This document shows positions 40,001 through 54,600 of a stretch of DNA of 64,000 bases, piece by piece. A model generated the notes under the pieces. The model searched no databases and was not told where the DNA came from. It worked only from the letters and a program-made list of their open reading frames with translations. Position numbers and translations under genes: made by a program. The DNA comes from Eledone cirrhosa (lineage: Eukaryota): contig OZ024742.1 in the NCBI GenBank assembly GCA_964016885.1, forward strand, positions 15,686,001 through 15,750,000, given 5' to 3'. Every line of letters starts with the position of its first letter. Position 1 is the first letter of the stretch.

Positions 40001-43000
40001 AAAGAACCTCATAGTAAAGTGTGATTATTAAAGAACCTCAGAGTAAAGTGTGATTATTAAAGAACCTCAGAGTAAAGTGTGATCATTAAAGAACCACAGA
40101 GTAAAGTGTGATTATTAAAGAACCTCAGAGTAATGTGTGATTATTAAAGAACCATACATAAATGTGAGATTACTAAAGAACCACAGAGTAAAGTGTGATT
40201 ATTAAAGAACCTCAGAGTAAAGTGTGATTTTTAAAGAATCTCAGAGTAAAGTGTGATTATTAAACAACCACAGAGAAAAGTGTGATTATTAAAGAACCTC
40301 AGAGTAAAGTGTGATTGTTAAAGAATCTCAGAGTAAAATGTGATTATTAAACAACCACAGAGAAAGGTGTGATTATTAAAGAACCTCAGAGCAAAGTGTG
40401 ATTATTAAAGAACCTCAGAGTAAAGTGTGATTATTAAAGAACCTCAGAGTAAAGTGTGATTGTTAAAGAATCTCAGAGTAAAGGGTGATTATTAAAGAAC
40501 CACAGAGTAAAGTGTGATTATTAAAGAACCTCAGAGCAAAGTGTGATTATTAAAGAACCTCAGAGTAAAGTGTGATTATTAAAGAACCTCAGAGTAAAGT
40601 GTGATTATTAAAGAACCTCAGAGTAAAGTGTGATTATTAAAGAACCTCAGAGTAAAGTGTGATTAATAAAGAAACACAGAGAAATGTGTGATTATTAACG
40701 AACCACAGAGTAAAGTGTGATTATTAAAGAACCACAGAGAAATGTGTGATTATTAAAGAACCTCAGAGTAAAGTGTGATTATTAAAGAACCTCAGAGTAA
40801 AGTGTGATTATTAAAGAACCACAGAGTAAAGTGTGATTATTAAAGAACCTCAGAGTAAAGTGTGATTATTAAAGAACCATACATAAATGTGAGATTACTA
40901 AAGAACCACAGAGTAAAGTGTGATTATTAAAGAACCTCAGAGTAAAGTGTGATTATTAAAGAACCTCAGAGGAAAAGTGTGATTATTAAAGAACCTCAGA
41001 GTAAAGTGTGATTATTAAAGAACCCCAGAGTAAAGTGTGATTATTAAAGAACCACAGAGTAAAGTGTGATTATTAAAGAACCTCAGAGTAAAGTGTGATT
41101 ATTAAAGAACCACAGAGTAAAGTGTGATTATTAAAGAACCACAGAGTAAAGTGTGATTATTAAAGAACCACAGAGTAAAGTGTAATTATTAAAGTACCAC
41201 AGAGTACAGTGTAATTATTAAAGAATCTCAGTGTCATGTGTGATTATTAAAGAACCTCAGAGTAAAGTGTGATTATTAAAGAACCACAGAGTAAAGTGTT
41301 ATTATTAAAGAACCACAGAGAAATGTGAGATTATTAAAGAACCTCAGAGTAAAGTGTGATTATTAAAGAACCTCAGAGTAAAGTGTGACTATTAAAGAAC
41401 CACAGAGTAAAGTGTGATTATTAAAGAACCTCAGAGTAAAGTGTGATTATTAAAGAACCTCAGAGGAAAAGTGTGATTATTAAAGAACCTCAGAGTAAAG
41501 TGTGATTATTAAAGAACCCCAGAGTAAAGTGTGATTATTAAGGAACCTCAGAGTAAAGTGTGATTATTAAAGAACCTCAGAGTAAAGTATGATTATTAAA
41601 GAACCACAGAGAAATGTGTGATTATTAAAGAACCACAGAGAAAAGTGTGATTATTAAAGAACCACAGAGAAATGTGTGATTATTAAAGAACCTCAGAGAA
41701 AAGTGTGATTATTAAAGAACCACAGAGTAAAGTATGATTATTAAAGAACCACAGAGAAATGTGTGATTATTAAAGAACCACAGAGAAAAGTGTGATTATT
41801 AAAGAACCACAGAGTAAAGTGTGATTATTAAAGAACCTCAGAGAAAAGTGTAATTATTAAAGAACCTCAGTGTCATGTGTGATTATTAAAGAACCACAGA
41901 GTAAAGTGTGATTATTAAAGAACCTCAGAGAAAAGTGTGATTATTAAAGAACCAAAGAGTAAAGTGTGATTATTAAAGAACCACAGAGTACAGTGTGATT
42001 ATTAAAGAACCTCAGAGTAAAGTGTGATTATTAAAGAACCTCAGAGTAAATTGTGATTATTAAAGAACCACAGAGAAAAGTGTGATTATTAAAGAACCTC
42101 AGAGAAAAGTGTGATTATTAAAGAACCTCAGAGAAAAGTGTGATTATTAAAGAACCTCAGAGTAAAGTGTGATTATTAAAGAACCTCAGAGTAAAGTGTG
42201 ATTTTTAAAGAATCTCAGAGTAAAGTGTGATTATTAAACAACCACAGAGAAAAGTGTGATTTTTAAAGAACCTCAGAGTAAAGTGTGATTGTTAAAGAAC
42301 CTCAGAGAAAAGTGTAATTATTAAAGAACCTCAGTGTCATGTGTGATTATTAAAGAACCACAGAGTAAAGTGTGATTATTAAAGAACCTCAGAGTAAAGT
42401 GTGATTGTTAAAGAATCTCAGAGTAAAGGGTGATTATTAAAGAACCACAGAGTAAAGTGTGATTATTAAAGAACCTCAGAGCAAAGTGTGATTATTAAAG
42501 AACCTCAGAGTAAAGTGTGATTATTAAAGAATCTCAGAGTAAAGTGTGATTATTAAAGAACCTCAGAGTAAAGTGTGATTATTAAAGAACCTCAGAGTAA
42601 AGTGTGATTAATAAAGAAACACAGAGAAATGTGTGATTATTAACGAACCACAGAGTAAAGTGTGATTATTAAAGAACCACAGAGAAATGTGTGATTATTA
42701 AAGAACCTCAGAGTAAAGTGTGATTATTAAAGAACCTCAGAGTAAAGTGTGATTATTAAAGAACCTCAGAGTAAAGTGTGATTATTAAAGAACCACAGAG
42801 TAAAGTGTGATTATTAAAGAACCTCAGAGTAAAGTGTGATTATTAAAGAACCATACATAAATGTGAGATTACTAAAGAACCACAGAGTAAAGTGTGATTA
42901 TTAAAGAACCTCAGAGTAAAGTGTGATTATTAAAGAACCTCAGAGGAAAAGTGTGATTATTAAAGAACCTCAGAGTAAAGTGTGATTATTAAAGAACCCC

Positions 43001-46000
43001 AGAGTAAAGTGTGATTATTAAAGAACCACAGAGTAAAGTGTGATTATTAAAGAACCTCAGAGTAAAGTGTGATTATTAAAGAACCACAGAGTAAAGTGTG
43101 ATTATTAAAGAACCACAGAGTAAAGTGTGATTATTAAAGAACCACAGAGTAAAGTGTAATTATTAAAGTACCACAGAGTACAGTGTAATTATTAAAGAAT
43201 CTCAGTGTCATGTGTGATTATTAAAGAACCTCAGAGTAAAGTGTGATTATTAAAGAACCACAGAGTAAAGTGTTATTATTAAAGAACCACAGAGAAATGT
43301 GAGATTATTAAAGAACCTCAGAGTAAAGTGTGATTATTAAAGAACCTCAGAGTAAAGTGTGACTATTAAAGAACCACAGAGTAAAGTGTGATTATTAAAG
43401 AACCTCAGAGTAAAGTGTGATTATTAAAGAACCTCAGAGGAAAAGTGTGATTATTAAAGAACCTCAGAGTAAAGTGTGATTATTAAAGAACCCCAGAGTA
43501 AAGTGTGATTATTAAGGAACCTCAGAGTAAAGTGTGATTATTAAAGAACCTCAGAGTAAAGTATGATTATTAAAGAACCACAGAGAAATGTGTGATTATT
43601 AAAGAACCTCAGAGTAAAGTGTGATTGTTAAAGAATCTCAGAGTAAAATGTGATTATTAAACAACCACAGAGAAAAGTGTGATTATTAAAGAACCTCAGA
43701 GCAAAGTGTGATTATTAAAGAACCTCAGAGTTAAGTGTGATTATTAAAGAACCTCAGAGTAAAGTGTGATTGTTAAAGAATCTCAGAGTAAAGTGTGATT
43801 ATTAAAGAACCACAGAGTAAAGTGTGATTATTAAAGAACCTCAGAGCAAAGTGTGATTATTAAAGAACCTCAGAGTAAAGTGTGATTATTAGAGAACCAC
43901 AGAGTAAAGTGTGATTATTAAAGAACCTCAGAGTAAAGTGTGATTATTAGAGAACCTCAGAGCAAAGTGTGATTATTAAAGAACATCAGAGTAAAGTGTG
44001 ATTATTAAAGGACCACAGAGTAAAGTGCGATTATTAAAGAACCTCAGAGCAAAGTGTGATTATTAAAGAACCTCAGAGTTAAGTGTGATCATTAAAGAAC
44101 CTCATAGTTAAGTGTGATTATTAAAGAACCTCAGAGTAAAGTGTGATTATTAAAGAACCTCAGAGTTAAGTGTGATCATTAAAGAACCTCAGAGTTAAGT
44201 GTGATTATTAAAGGACCACAGAGTAAAGTGTGATTGTTAAAGAACCTCAGAGTAAAGTGTGATTATTAAATAACCACAGAGTAAAGTGTTATTATTAAAG
44301 AACCATAGAGAAATGTGAGATTATTAAAGAACCACAGAGTAAAGTGTGATTATTAAAGAACCTCAGAGTAAAGTGTGATTATTAAAGAACCTCAGAGTAA
44401 AGTGTGATTATTAAAGAACCTCAGAGTAAAGTGTGATTAATAAAGAACCACAGAGAAATGTGTGATTATTAACGAACCACAGAGTAAAGTGTGATTATTA
44501 AAGAACCACAGAGAAATGTGTGATTATTAAAGAACCTCATAGTAAAGTGTGATTATTAAAGAACCTCAGAGTAAAGTGTGATTATTAAAGAACCTCAGAG
44601 TAAAGTGTGATTATTAAAGAACCACAGAGTAAAGTGTGATTATTAAAGAACCTCAGAGTAACGTGTGATTATTAAAGAACCATACATAAATGTGAGATTA
44701 CTAAAGAACCACAGAGTAAAGTGTGATTATTAAAGAACCTCAGAGTAAAGTGTGATTTTTAAAGAATCTCAGAGTAAAGTGTGATTATTAAACAACCACA
44801 GAGAAAAGTGTGATTATTAAAGAACCTCAGAGTAAAGTGTGATTGTTAAAGAATCTCAGAGTAAAATGTGATTATTAAACAACCACAGAGCAAGGTGTGA
44901 TTATTAAAGAACCTCAGAGCAAAGTGTGATTATTAAAGAACCTCAGAGTAAAGTGTGATTATTAAAGAACCTCAGAGTAAAGTGTGATTGTTAAAGAATC
45001 TCAGAGTAAAGGGTGATTATTAAAGAACCACAGAGTAAAGTGTGATTATTAAAGAACCTCAGAGCAAAGTGTGATTATTAAAGAACCTCAGAGTAAAGTG
45101 TGATTATTAAAGAACCTCAGAGTAAAGTGTGATTATTAAAGAACCTCAGAGTAAAGTGTGATTATTAAAGAACCTCAGAGTAAAGTGTGATTAATAAAGA
45201 ACCACAGAGAAATGTGTGATTATTAACGAGCCACAGAGTAAAGTGTGATTATTAAAGAACGACAGAGAAATGTGTGATTATTAAAGAACCTCAGAGTAAA
45301 GTGTGATTATTAAAGAACCTCAGAGTAAAGTGTGATTATTAAAGAACCTCAGAGTAAAGTGTGATTATTAAAGAACCACAGAGTAAAGTGTGATTATTAA
45401 AGAACCTCAGAGTAAAGTGTGATTATTAAAGAACCATACATAAATGTGAGATTACTAAAGAACCACAGAGTAAAGTGTGATTATTAAAGAACCTCAGAGT
45501 AAAGTGTGATTATTAAAGAACCTCAGAGGAAAAGTGTGATTATTAAACAACCTCAGAGTAAAGTGTGATTATTAAAGAACCCCAGAGTAAAGTGTCATTA
45601 TTAAGGAACCTCAGAGTAAAGTGTGATTATTAAAGAACCTCAGAGTAAAGTGTGATTAATAAAGAACCACAGAGAAATGTGTGATTATTAACGAACCACA
45701 GAGTAAAGTGTGATTATTAAAGAACCACAGAGAAATGTGTGATTATTAAAGAACCTCAGAGTAAAGTGTGATTATTAAAGAACCTCAGAGTAAAGTGTGA
45801 TTATTAAAGAACCTCAGAGTAAAGTGTGATTATTAAAGAACCATACATAAATGTGAGATTACTAAAGAACCACAGAGTAAAGTGTGATTATTAAAGAACC
45901 TCAGAGTAAAGTGTGATTATTAAAGAACCTCAGAGGAAAAGTGTGATTATTAAAGAACCTCAGAGTAAAGTGTGATTATTAAAGAACCCCAGAGTAAAGT

Positions 46001-49000
46001 GTGATTATTAAAGAACCACAGAGTAAAGTGTGATTATTAAAGAACCTCAGAGTAAAGTGTGATTATTAAAGAACCACAGAGTAAAGTGTGATAATTAAAG
46101 AACCACAGAGAAAAGTGTGATTATTAAAGAACCTCAGAGAAAAGTGTGATTATTAAAGAACCTCAGAGTAAAGTGTGATTTTTAAAGAACCTCAGAGTAA
46201 AGCGTGATTATTAAAGTACCACAGAGTACAGTGTGATTATTAAAGAACCTCAGAGCAAAGTGTGATTATTAAAGAACCTCAGTGTCATGTGTGATTATTA
46301 AAGAACCACAGAGTAAAGTGTGATTATTAAAGAACCTCAGAGCAAAGTGTGATTATTAAAGAACCTCAGTGTCATGTGTGATTATTAAAGAACCACAGAG
46401 TAAAGTGTGATTATTAAAGAACCTCAGAGTAAAGTGTGATTATTAAAGAATCTCAGAGTAAAGTGTGATTATTAAAGAACCTCAGACTAAAGTGTGATTA
46501 TTAAAGAACCTCAGAGCAAAGTGTGATTATTAAAGAACCTCAGAGTAAAGTGTGATTATTAAAGAACCTCAGACTAACGTGTGATTATTAAAGAACCTCA
46601 GAGCAAAGTGTGATTATTAAAGAACCTCAGAGTAAAGTGTGATTATTAAAGAACCACAGAGAAATGTGTGATTATTAACGAACCACAGAGTAAAGTGTGA
46701 TTATTAAAGAACCTAAGAGTAAAGTGTGATTATTAAAGAACCACAGAGAAAAGTGTGATTATTAAAGAACCACAGAGTAAAGTGTGATTAATAAAGAACC
46801 ACAGAGAAAACTTTATTTATTTAAGAACTACAGAATAATGTGTGATTATTAAAGAACCTCAGAGTAAAGTGTGATTATTAAAGAACCTCAGTGTCATGTG
46901 TGATTATTAAAGAACCACAGAGCAAAGTTTGATTATTAAAGAACCTCAGAGTAAAGTGTGATTATTAAAGGACCACAGAGTAAAGTGCGATTATTAAAGA
47001 ACCTCAGAGCAAAGTTTGATTATTAAAGAACCTCAGAGTTAAGTGTGATCATTAAAGAACCTCATAGTTAAGTGTGATTATTAAAGAACCTCAGAGTAAA
47101 GTGTGATTATTAAAGAACCTCAGAGTTAAGTGTGATCATTAAAGAACCTCAGAGTTAATTGTGATTATTAAAGGACCACAGAGTAAAGTGTGATTGTTAA
47201 AGAACCTCAGAGTAAAGTGTGATTATTAAATAACCACAGAGTAAAGTGTTATTATTAAAGAACCATAGAGAAATGTGAGATTATTAAAGAACCTCATAGT
47301 AAAGTGTGATTATTAAAGAACCTCAGAGTAAAGTGTGATTATTAAAGAACCTCAGAGTAAAGTGTGATCATTAAAGAACCACAGAGTAAAGTGTGATTAT
47401 TAAAGAACCTCAGAGTAATGTGTGATTATTAAAGAACCATACATAAATGTGAGATTACTAAAGAACCACAGAGTAAAGTGTGATTATTAAAGAACCTCAG
47501 AGTAAAGTGTGATTTTTAAAGAATCTCAGAGTAAAGTGTGATTATTAAACAACCACAGAGAAAAGTGTGATTATTAAAGAACCTCAGAGTAAAGTGTGAT
47601 TGTTAAAGAATCTCAGAGTAAAATGTGATTATTAAACAACCACAGAGAAAGGTGTGATTATTAAAGAACCTCAGAGCAAAGTGTGATTATTAAAGAACCT
47701 CAGAGTAAAGTGTGATTATTAAAGAACCTCAGAGTAAAGTGTGATTGTTAAAGAATCTCAGAGTAAAGGGTGATTATTAAAGAACCACAGAGTAAAGTGT
47801 GATTATTAAAGAACCTCAGAGCAAAGTGTGATTATTAAAGAACCTCAGAGTAAAGTGTGATTATTAAAGAACCTCAGAGTAAAGTGTGATTATTAAAGAA
47901 CCTCAGAGTAAAGTGTGATTATTAAAGAACCTCAGAGTAAAGTGTGATTAATAAAGAAACACAGAGAAATGTGTGATTATTAACGAACCACAGAGTAAAG
48001 TGTGATTATTAAAGAACCACAGAGAAATGTGTGATTATTAAAGAACCTCAGAGTAAAGTGTGATTATTAAAGAACCTCAGAGTAAAGTGTGATTATTAAA
48101 GAACCACAGAGTAAAGTGTGATTATTAAAGAACCTCAGAGTAAAGTGTGATTATTAAAGAACCATACATAAATGTGAGATTACTAAAGAACCACAGAGTA
48201 AAGTGTGATTATTAAAGAACCTCAGAGTAAAGTGTGATTATTAAAGAACCTCAGAGGAAAAGTGTGATTATTAAAGAACCTCAGAGTAAAGTGTGATTAT
48301 TAAAGAACCCCAGAGTAAAGTGTGATTATTAAAGAACCACAGAGTAAAGTGTGATTATTAAAGAACCTCAGAGTAAAGTGTGATTATTAAAGAACCACAG
48401 AGTAAAGTGTGATTATTAAAGAACCACAGAGTAAAGTGTGATTATTAAAGAACCACAGAGTAAAGTGTAATTATTAAAGTACCACAGAGTACAGTGTAAT
48501 TATTAAAGAATCTCAGTGTCATGTGTGATTATTAAAGAACCTCAGAGTAAAGTGTGATTATTAAAGAACCACAGAGTAAAGTGTTATTATTAAAGAACCA
48601 CAGAGAAATGTGAGATTATTAAAGAACCTCAGAGTAAAGTGTGATTATTAAAGAACCTCAGAGTAAAGTGTGACTATTAAAGAACCACAGAGTAAAGTGT
48701 GATTATTAAAGAACCTCAGAGTAAAGTGTGATTATTAAAGAACCTCAGAGGAAAAGTGTGATTATTAAAGAACCTCAGAGTAAAGTGTGATTATTAAAGA
48801 ACCCCAGAGTAAAGTGTGATTATTAAGGAACCTCAGAGTAAAGTGTGATTATTAAAGAACCTCAGAGTAAAGTATGATTATTAAAGAACCACAGAGAAAT
48901 GTGTGATTATTAAAGAACCACAGAGAAAAGTGTGATTATTAAAGAACCACAGAGAAATGTGTGATTATTAAAGAACCTCAGAGAAAAGTGTGATTATTAA

Positions 49001-50920
49001 AGAACCACAGAGTAAAGTATGATTATTAAAGAACCACAGAGAAATGTGTGATTATTAAAGAACCACAGAGAAAAGTGTGATTATTAAAGAACCACAGAGT
49101 AAAGTGTGATTATTAAAGAACCTCAGAGAAAAGTGTAATTATTAAAGAACCTCAGTGTCATGTGTGATTATTAAAGAACCACAGAGTAAAGTGTGATTAT
49201 TAAAGAACCTCAGAGAAAAGTGTGATTATTAAAGAACCAAAGAGTAAAGTGTGATTATTAAAGAACCACAGAGTACAGTGTGATTATTAAAGAACCTCAG
49301 AGTAAAGTGTGATTATTAAAGAACCTCAGAGTAAATTGTGATTATTAAAGAACCACAGAGAAAAGTGTGATTATTAAAGAACCTCAGAGAAAAGTGTGAT
49401 TATTAAAGAACCTCAGAGAAAAGTGTGATTATTAAAGAACCTCAGAGTAAAGTGTGATTATTAAAGAACCTCAGAGTAAAGTGTGATTTTTAAAGAATCT
49501 CAGAGTAAAGTGTGATTATTAAACAACCACAGAGAAAAGTGTGATTTTTAAAGAACCTCAGAGTAAAGTGTGATTGTTAAAGAATCTCAGAGTAAAGTGT
49601 GATTATTAAAGAAACTCAGAGAAAAGTGTAATTATTAAAGAACCTCAGTGTCATGTGTGATTATTAAAGAACCACAGAGTAAAGTGTGATTATTAAAGAA
49701 CCTCAGAGTAAAGTGTGATTGTTAAAGAATCTCAGAGTAAAGGGTGATTATTAAAGAACCACAGAGTAAAGTGTGATTATTAAAGAACCTCAGAGCAAAG
49801 TGTGATTATTAAAGAACCTCAGAGTAAAGTGTGATTATTAAAGAATCTCAGAGTAAAGTGTGATTATTAAAGAACCTCAGAGTAAAGTGTGATTATTAAA
49901 GAACCTCAGAGTAAAGTGTGATTAATAAAGAAACACAGAGAAATGTGTGATTATTAACGAACCACAGAGTAAAGTGTGATTATTAAAGAACCACAGAGAA
50001 ATGTGTGATTATTAAAGAACCTCAGAGTAAAGTGTGATTATTAAAGAACCTCAGAGTAAAGTGTGATTATTAAAGAACCTCAGAGTAAAGTGTGATTATT
50101 AAAGAACCACAGAGTAAAGTGTGATTATTAAAGAACCTCAGAGTAAAGTGTGATTATTAAAGAACCATACATAAATGTGAGATTACTAAAGAACCACAGA
50201 GTAAAGTGTGATTATTAAAGAACCTCAGAGTAAAGTGTGATTATTAAAGAACCTCAGAGGAAAAGTGTGATTATTAAAGAACCTCAGAGTAAAGTGTGAT
50301 TATTAAAGAACCCCAGAGTAAAGTGTGATTATTAAAGAACCACAGAGTAAAGTGTGATTATTAAAGAACCTCAGAGTAAAGTGTGATTATTAAAGAACCA
50401 CAGAGTAAAGTGTGATTATTAAAGAACCACAGAGTAAAGTGTGATTATTAAAGAACCACAGAGTAAAGTGTAATTATTAAAGTACCACAGAGTACAGTGT
50501 AATTATTAAAGAATCTCAGTGTCATGTGTGATTATTAAAGAACCTCAGAGTAAAGTGTGATTATTAAAGAACCACAGAGTAAAGTGTTATTATTAAAGAA
50601 CCACAGAGAAATGTGAGATTATTAAAGAACCTCAGAGTAAAGTGTGATTATTAAAGAACCTCAGAGTAAAGTGTGACTATTAAAGAACCACAGAGTAAAG
50701 TGTGATTATTAAAGAACCTCAGAGTAAAGTGTGATTATTAAAGAACCTCAGAGGAAAAGTGTGATTATTAAAGAACCTCAGAGTAAAGTGTGATTATTAA
50801 AGAACCCCAGAGTAAAGTGTGATTATTAAGGAACCTCAGAGTAAAGTGTGATTATTAAAGAACCTCAGAGTAAAGTATGATTATTAAAGAACCACAGAGA
50901 AATGTGTGATTATTAAAGAA
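36310..50920. repeat. Large tandem duplication, period 7285 bp (251 monomers +6 bp)
   Basis: ACGAGCC occurs at 37941/45226, GAAAACTTTATTT at 39521/46806 and GAAACACAG at 40671/47956, all at offset 7285. The offset becomes 7314 after one extra monomer near 49600 (42616/49930). Confidence 0.92.
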
Positions 50921-51689
50921 CCACAGAGAAAAGTGTGATTATTAAAGAACCACAGAGAAATGTGTGATTATTAAAGAACCTCAGAGAAAAGTGTGATTAT
51001 TAAAGAACCACAGAGTAAAGTATGATTATTAAAGAACCACAGAGAAATGTGTGATTATTAAAGAACCACAGAGAAAAGTGTGATTATTAAAGAACCACAG
51101 AGTAAAGTGTGATTATTAAAGAACCTCAGAGAAAAGTGTAATTATTAAAGAACCTCAGTGTCATGTGTGATTATTAAAGAACCACAGAGTAAAGTGTGAT
51201 TATTAAAGAACCTCAGAGAAAAGTGTGATTATTAAAGAACCAAAGAGTAAAGTGTGATTATTAAAGAACCACAGAGTACAGTGTGATTATTAAAGAACCT
51301 CAGAGTAAAGTGTGATTATTAAAGAACCTCAGAGTAAATTGTGATTATTAAAGAACCACAGAGAAAAGTGTGATTATTAAAGAACCTCAGAGAAAAGTGT
51401 GATTATTAAAGAACCTCAGAGAAAAGTGTGATTATTAAAGAACCTCAGAGTAAAGTGTGATTATTAAAGAACCCCAGAGTAAAGTGTCATTATTAAGGAA
51501 CCTCAGAGTAAAGTGTGATTATTAAAGAACCACAGAGTAAAGTGTGATTATTAAAGAACCACAGAGTAAAGTGTGATTATTAAAGAACCACAGAGTAAAG
51601 TGTGATTATTAAAGAACCATACATAAATGTGAGATTACTAAAGAACCACAGAGTAAAGTGTGATTATTAAAGAACCTCAGAGTAAAGTG

Positions 51690-54600
51690 TGATTATTAAA
51701 GAACCTCAGAGGAAAAGTGTGATTATTAAAGAACCTCAGAGTAAAGTGTGATTATTAAAGAACCCCAGAGTAAAGTGTCATTATTAAGGAACCTCAGAGT
51801 AAAGTGTGATTATTAAAGAACCACAGAGTAAAGTGTGATTATTAAAGAACCACAGAGTAAAGTGTGATTATTAAAGAACCACAGAGTAAAGTGTGATTAT
51901 TAAAGAACCTCAGAGTAAAGTGTGATTATTAAAGAACCACAGAGTAAAGTGTTATTATTAAAGAACCACAGAGTAAAGTGTGATTATTAAAGAACCTCAG
52001 AGTAAAGTGTGATTATTAAAGAACCACAGAGTAAAGTGTGATTATTAAAGAACCACAGAGTAAAGTGTGATTATTAAAGTACCACAGAGTACAGTGTAAT
52101 TATTAAAGAACCTCAGTGTCATGTGTGATTATTAAAGAACCTCAGAGTAAAGTGTGATTATTAAAGAACCACAGAGTAAAGTGTTATTATTAAAGAACCA
52201 CAGAGAAATGTGAGATTATTAAAGACCCACAGAGTAAAGGGTGATTATTAAAGAACCTCAGAGCAAAGTGTGATTATTAAAGAACCTCAGAGTAAAGTGT
52301 GATTATTAAAGAACCTCAGAGTAATGTGTGATTATTAAAGAACCACCGAGTAGAGTGTGATTATTAAAGAACCTCAGAGTAAAGTGTTGATTATTAAAGA
52401 ACCTCAGAGTAAAGTGTGATTATTAAAGAACCTCAGAGTAAAGTGTGACTATTAAAGAACCACAGAGTAAAGTGTGATTATTAAAGAACCTCAGAGTAAA
52501 GTGTGATTATTAAAGAACCTCAGAGGAAAAGTGTGATTATTAAAGAACCTCAGAGTAAAGTGTGATTATTAAAGAACCCCAGAGTAAAGTGTGATTATTA
52601 AGGAACCTCAGAGTAAAGTGTGATTATTAAAGAACCTCAGAGTAAAGTATGATTATTAAAGAACCACAGAGAAATGTGTGATTATTAAAGAACCACAGAG
52701 AAAAGTGTGATTATTAAAGAACCACAGAGAAATGTGTGATTATTAAAGAACCTCAGAGAAAAGTGTGATTATTAAAGAACCACAGAGTAAAGTATGATTA
52801 TTAAAGAACCACAGAGAAATGTGTGATTATTAAAGAACCACAGAGAAAAGTGTGATTATTAAAGAACCACAGAGTAAAGTGTGATTATTAAAGAACCTCA
52901 GAGAAAAGTGTAATTATAAAAGAACCTCAGTGTCATGTGTGATTATTAAAGAACCACAGAGTAAAGTGTGATTATTAAAGAACCTCAGAGAAAAGTGTGA
53001 TTATTAAAGAACCAAAGATTAAAGTGTGATTATTAAAGAACCACAGAGTACCGTGTGATTATTAAAGAACCTCAGAGTAAAGTGTGATTATTAAAGAACC
53101 TCAGAGTAAATTGTGATTATTAAAGAACCACAGAGAAAAGTGTGATTATTAAATAACCTCAGAGAAAAGTGTGATTATTAAAGAACATCAGAGAAAAGTG
53201 TGATTATTAAAGAACCTCAGAGTAAAGTGTTATTATTAAAGAACCTCAGAAAAAACTGTGATTATTAAAGAACCTCAGAGTAAAGTGTGATTATTAAAGA
53301 ACCTCAGAGTAAAGTGTGATTTTTAAAGAATCTCAGAGTAAAGTGTGATTATTAAACAACCACAGAGAAAAGTGTGATTTTTAAAGAACCTCAGAGTAAA
53401 GTGTGATTGTTAAAGAATCTCAGAGTAAAGTGTGATTATTAAAGAACCTCAGAGAAAAGTGTAATTATTAAAGAACCTCAGTGTCATGTGTGATTATTAA
53501 AGAACCACAGAGTAAAGTGTGATTATTAAAGAACCTCAGAGTAAAGTGTGATTATTAAAGAACCACGGAGTAAAGTGTTATTATTAAAGAACCACAGAGA
53601 AATGTGAGATTATTAAAGACCCACAGAGTAAAGGGTGATTATTAAAGAACCTCAGAGCAAAGTGTGATTATTAAAGAACCTCAGAGTAATGTGTGATTAT
53701 TAACGAACCTCAGAGTAAAGTGTGATTATTAAAGAACCACAGAGTAAAGTGTGATTATTAAAGAACCACAGAGTAAAGTGTGATTATTAAAGAACCACAG
53801 AGTAAAGTGTGATTATTAAAGAACCACAGAGTAAAGTGTGATTATTAAAGAACCTCAGAGGAAAAGTGTGATTATTAAAGAACCTCAGAGTAAAGTGTGA
53901 TTATTAAAGAACCCCAGAGTAAAGTGTCATTATTAAGGAACCTCAGAGTAAAGTGTGATTATTAAAGAACCACAGAGTAAAGTGTGATTATTAAAGAACC
54001 ACAGAGTAAAGTGTGATTATTAAAGAACCACAGAGTAAAGTGTGATTATTAAAGAACCTCAGAGTAAAGTGTGATTATTAAAGAACCACAGAGTAAAGTG
54101 TTATTATTAAAGAACCACAGAGTAAAGTGTGATTATTAAAGAACCTCAGAGTAAAGTGTGATTATTAAAGAACCACAGAGTAAAGTGTGATTATTAAAGA
54201 ACCACAGAGTAAAGTGTGATTATTAAAGTACCACAGAGTACAGTGTAATTATTAAAGAACCTCAGTGTCATGTGTGATTATTAAAGAACCTCAGAGTAAA
54301 GTGTGATTATTAAAGAACCACAGAGTAAAGTGTTATTATTAAAGAACCACAGAGAAATGTGAGATTATTAAAGACCCACAGAGTAAAGGGTGATTATTAA
54401 AGAACCTCAGAGCAAAGTGTGATTATTAAAGAACCTCAGAGTAAAGTGTGATTATTAAAGAACCTCAGAGTAATGTGTGATTATTAAAGAATCACCGAGT
54501 AGAGTGTGATTATTAAAGAACCTCAGAGTAAAGTGTTGATTATTAAAGAACCTCAGAGTAAAGTGTGATTATTAAAGAACCTCAGAGTAAAGTGTGACTA

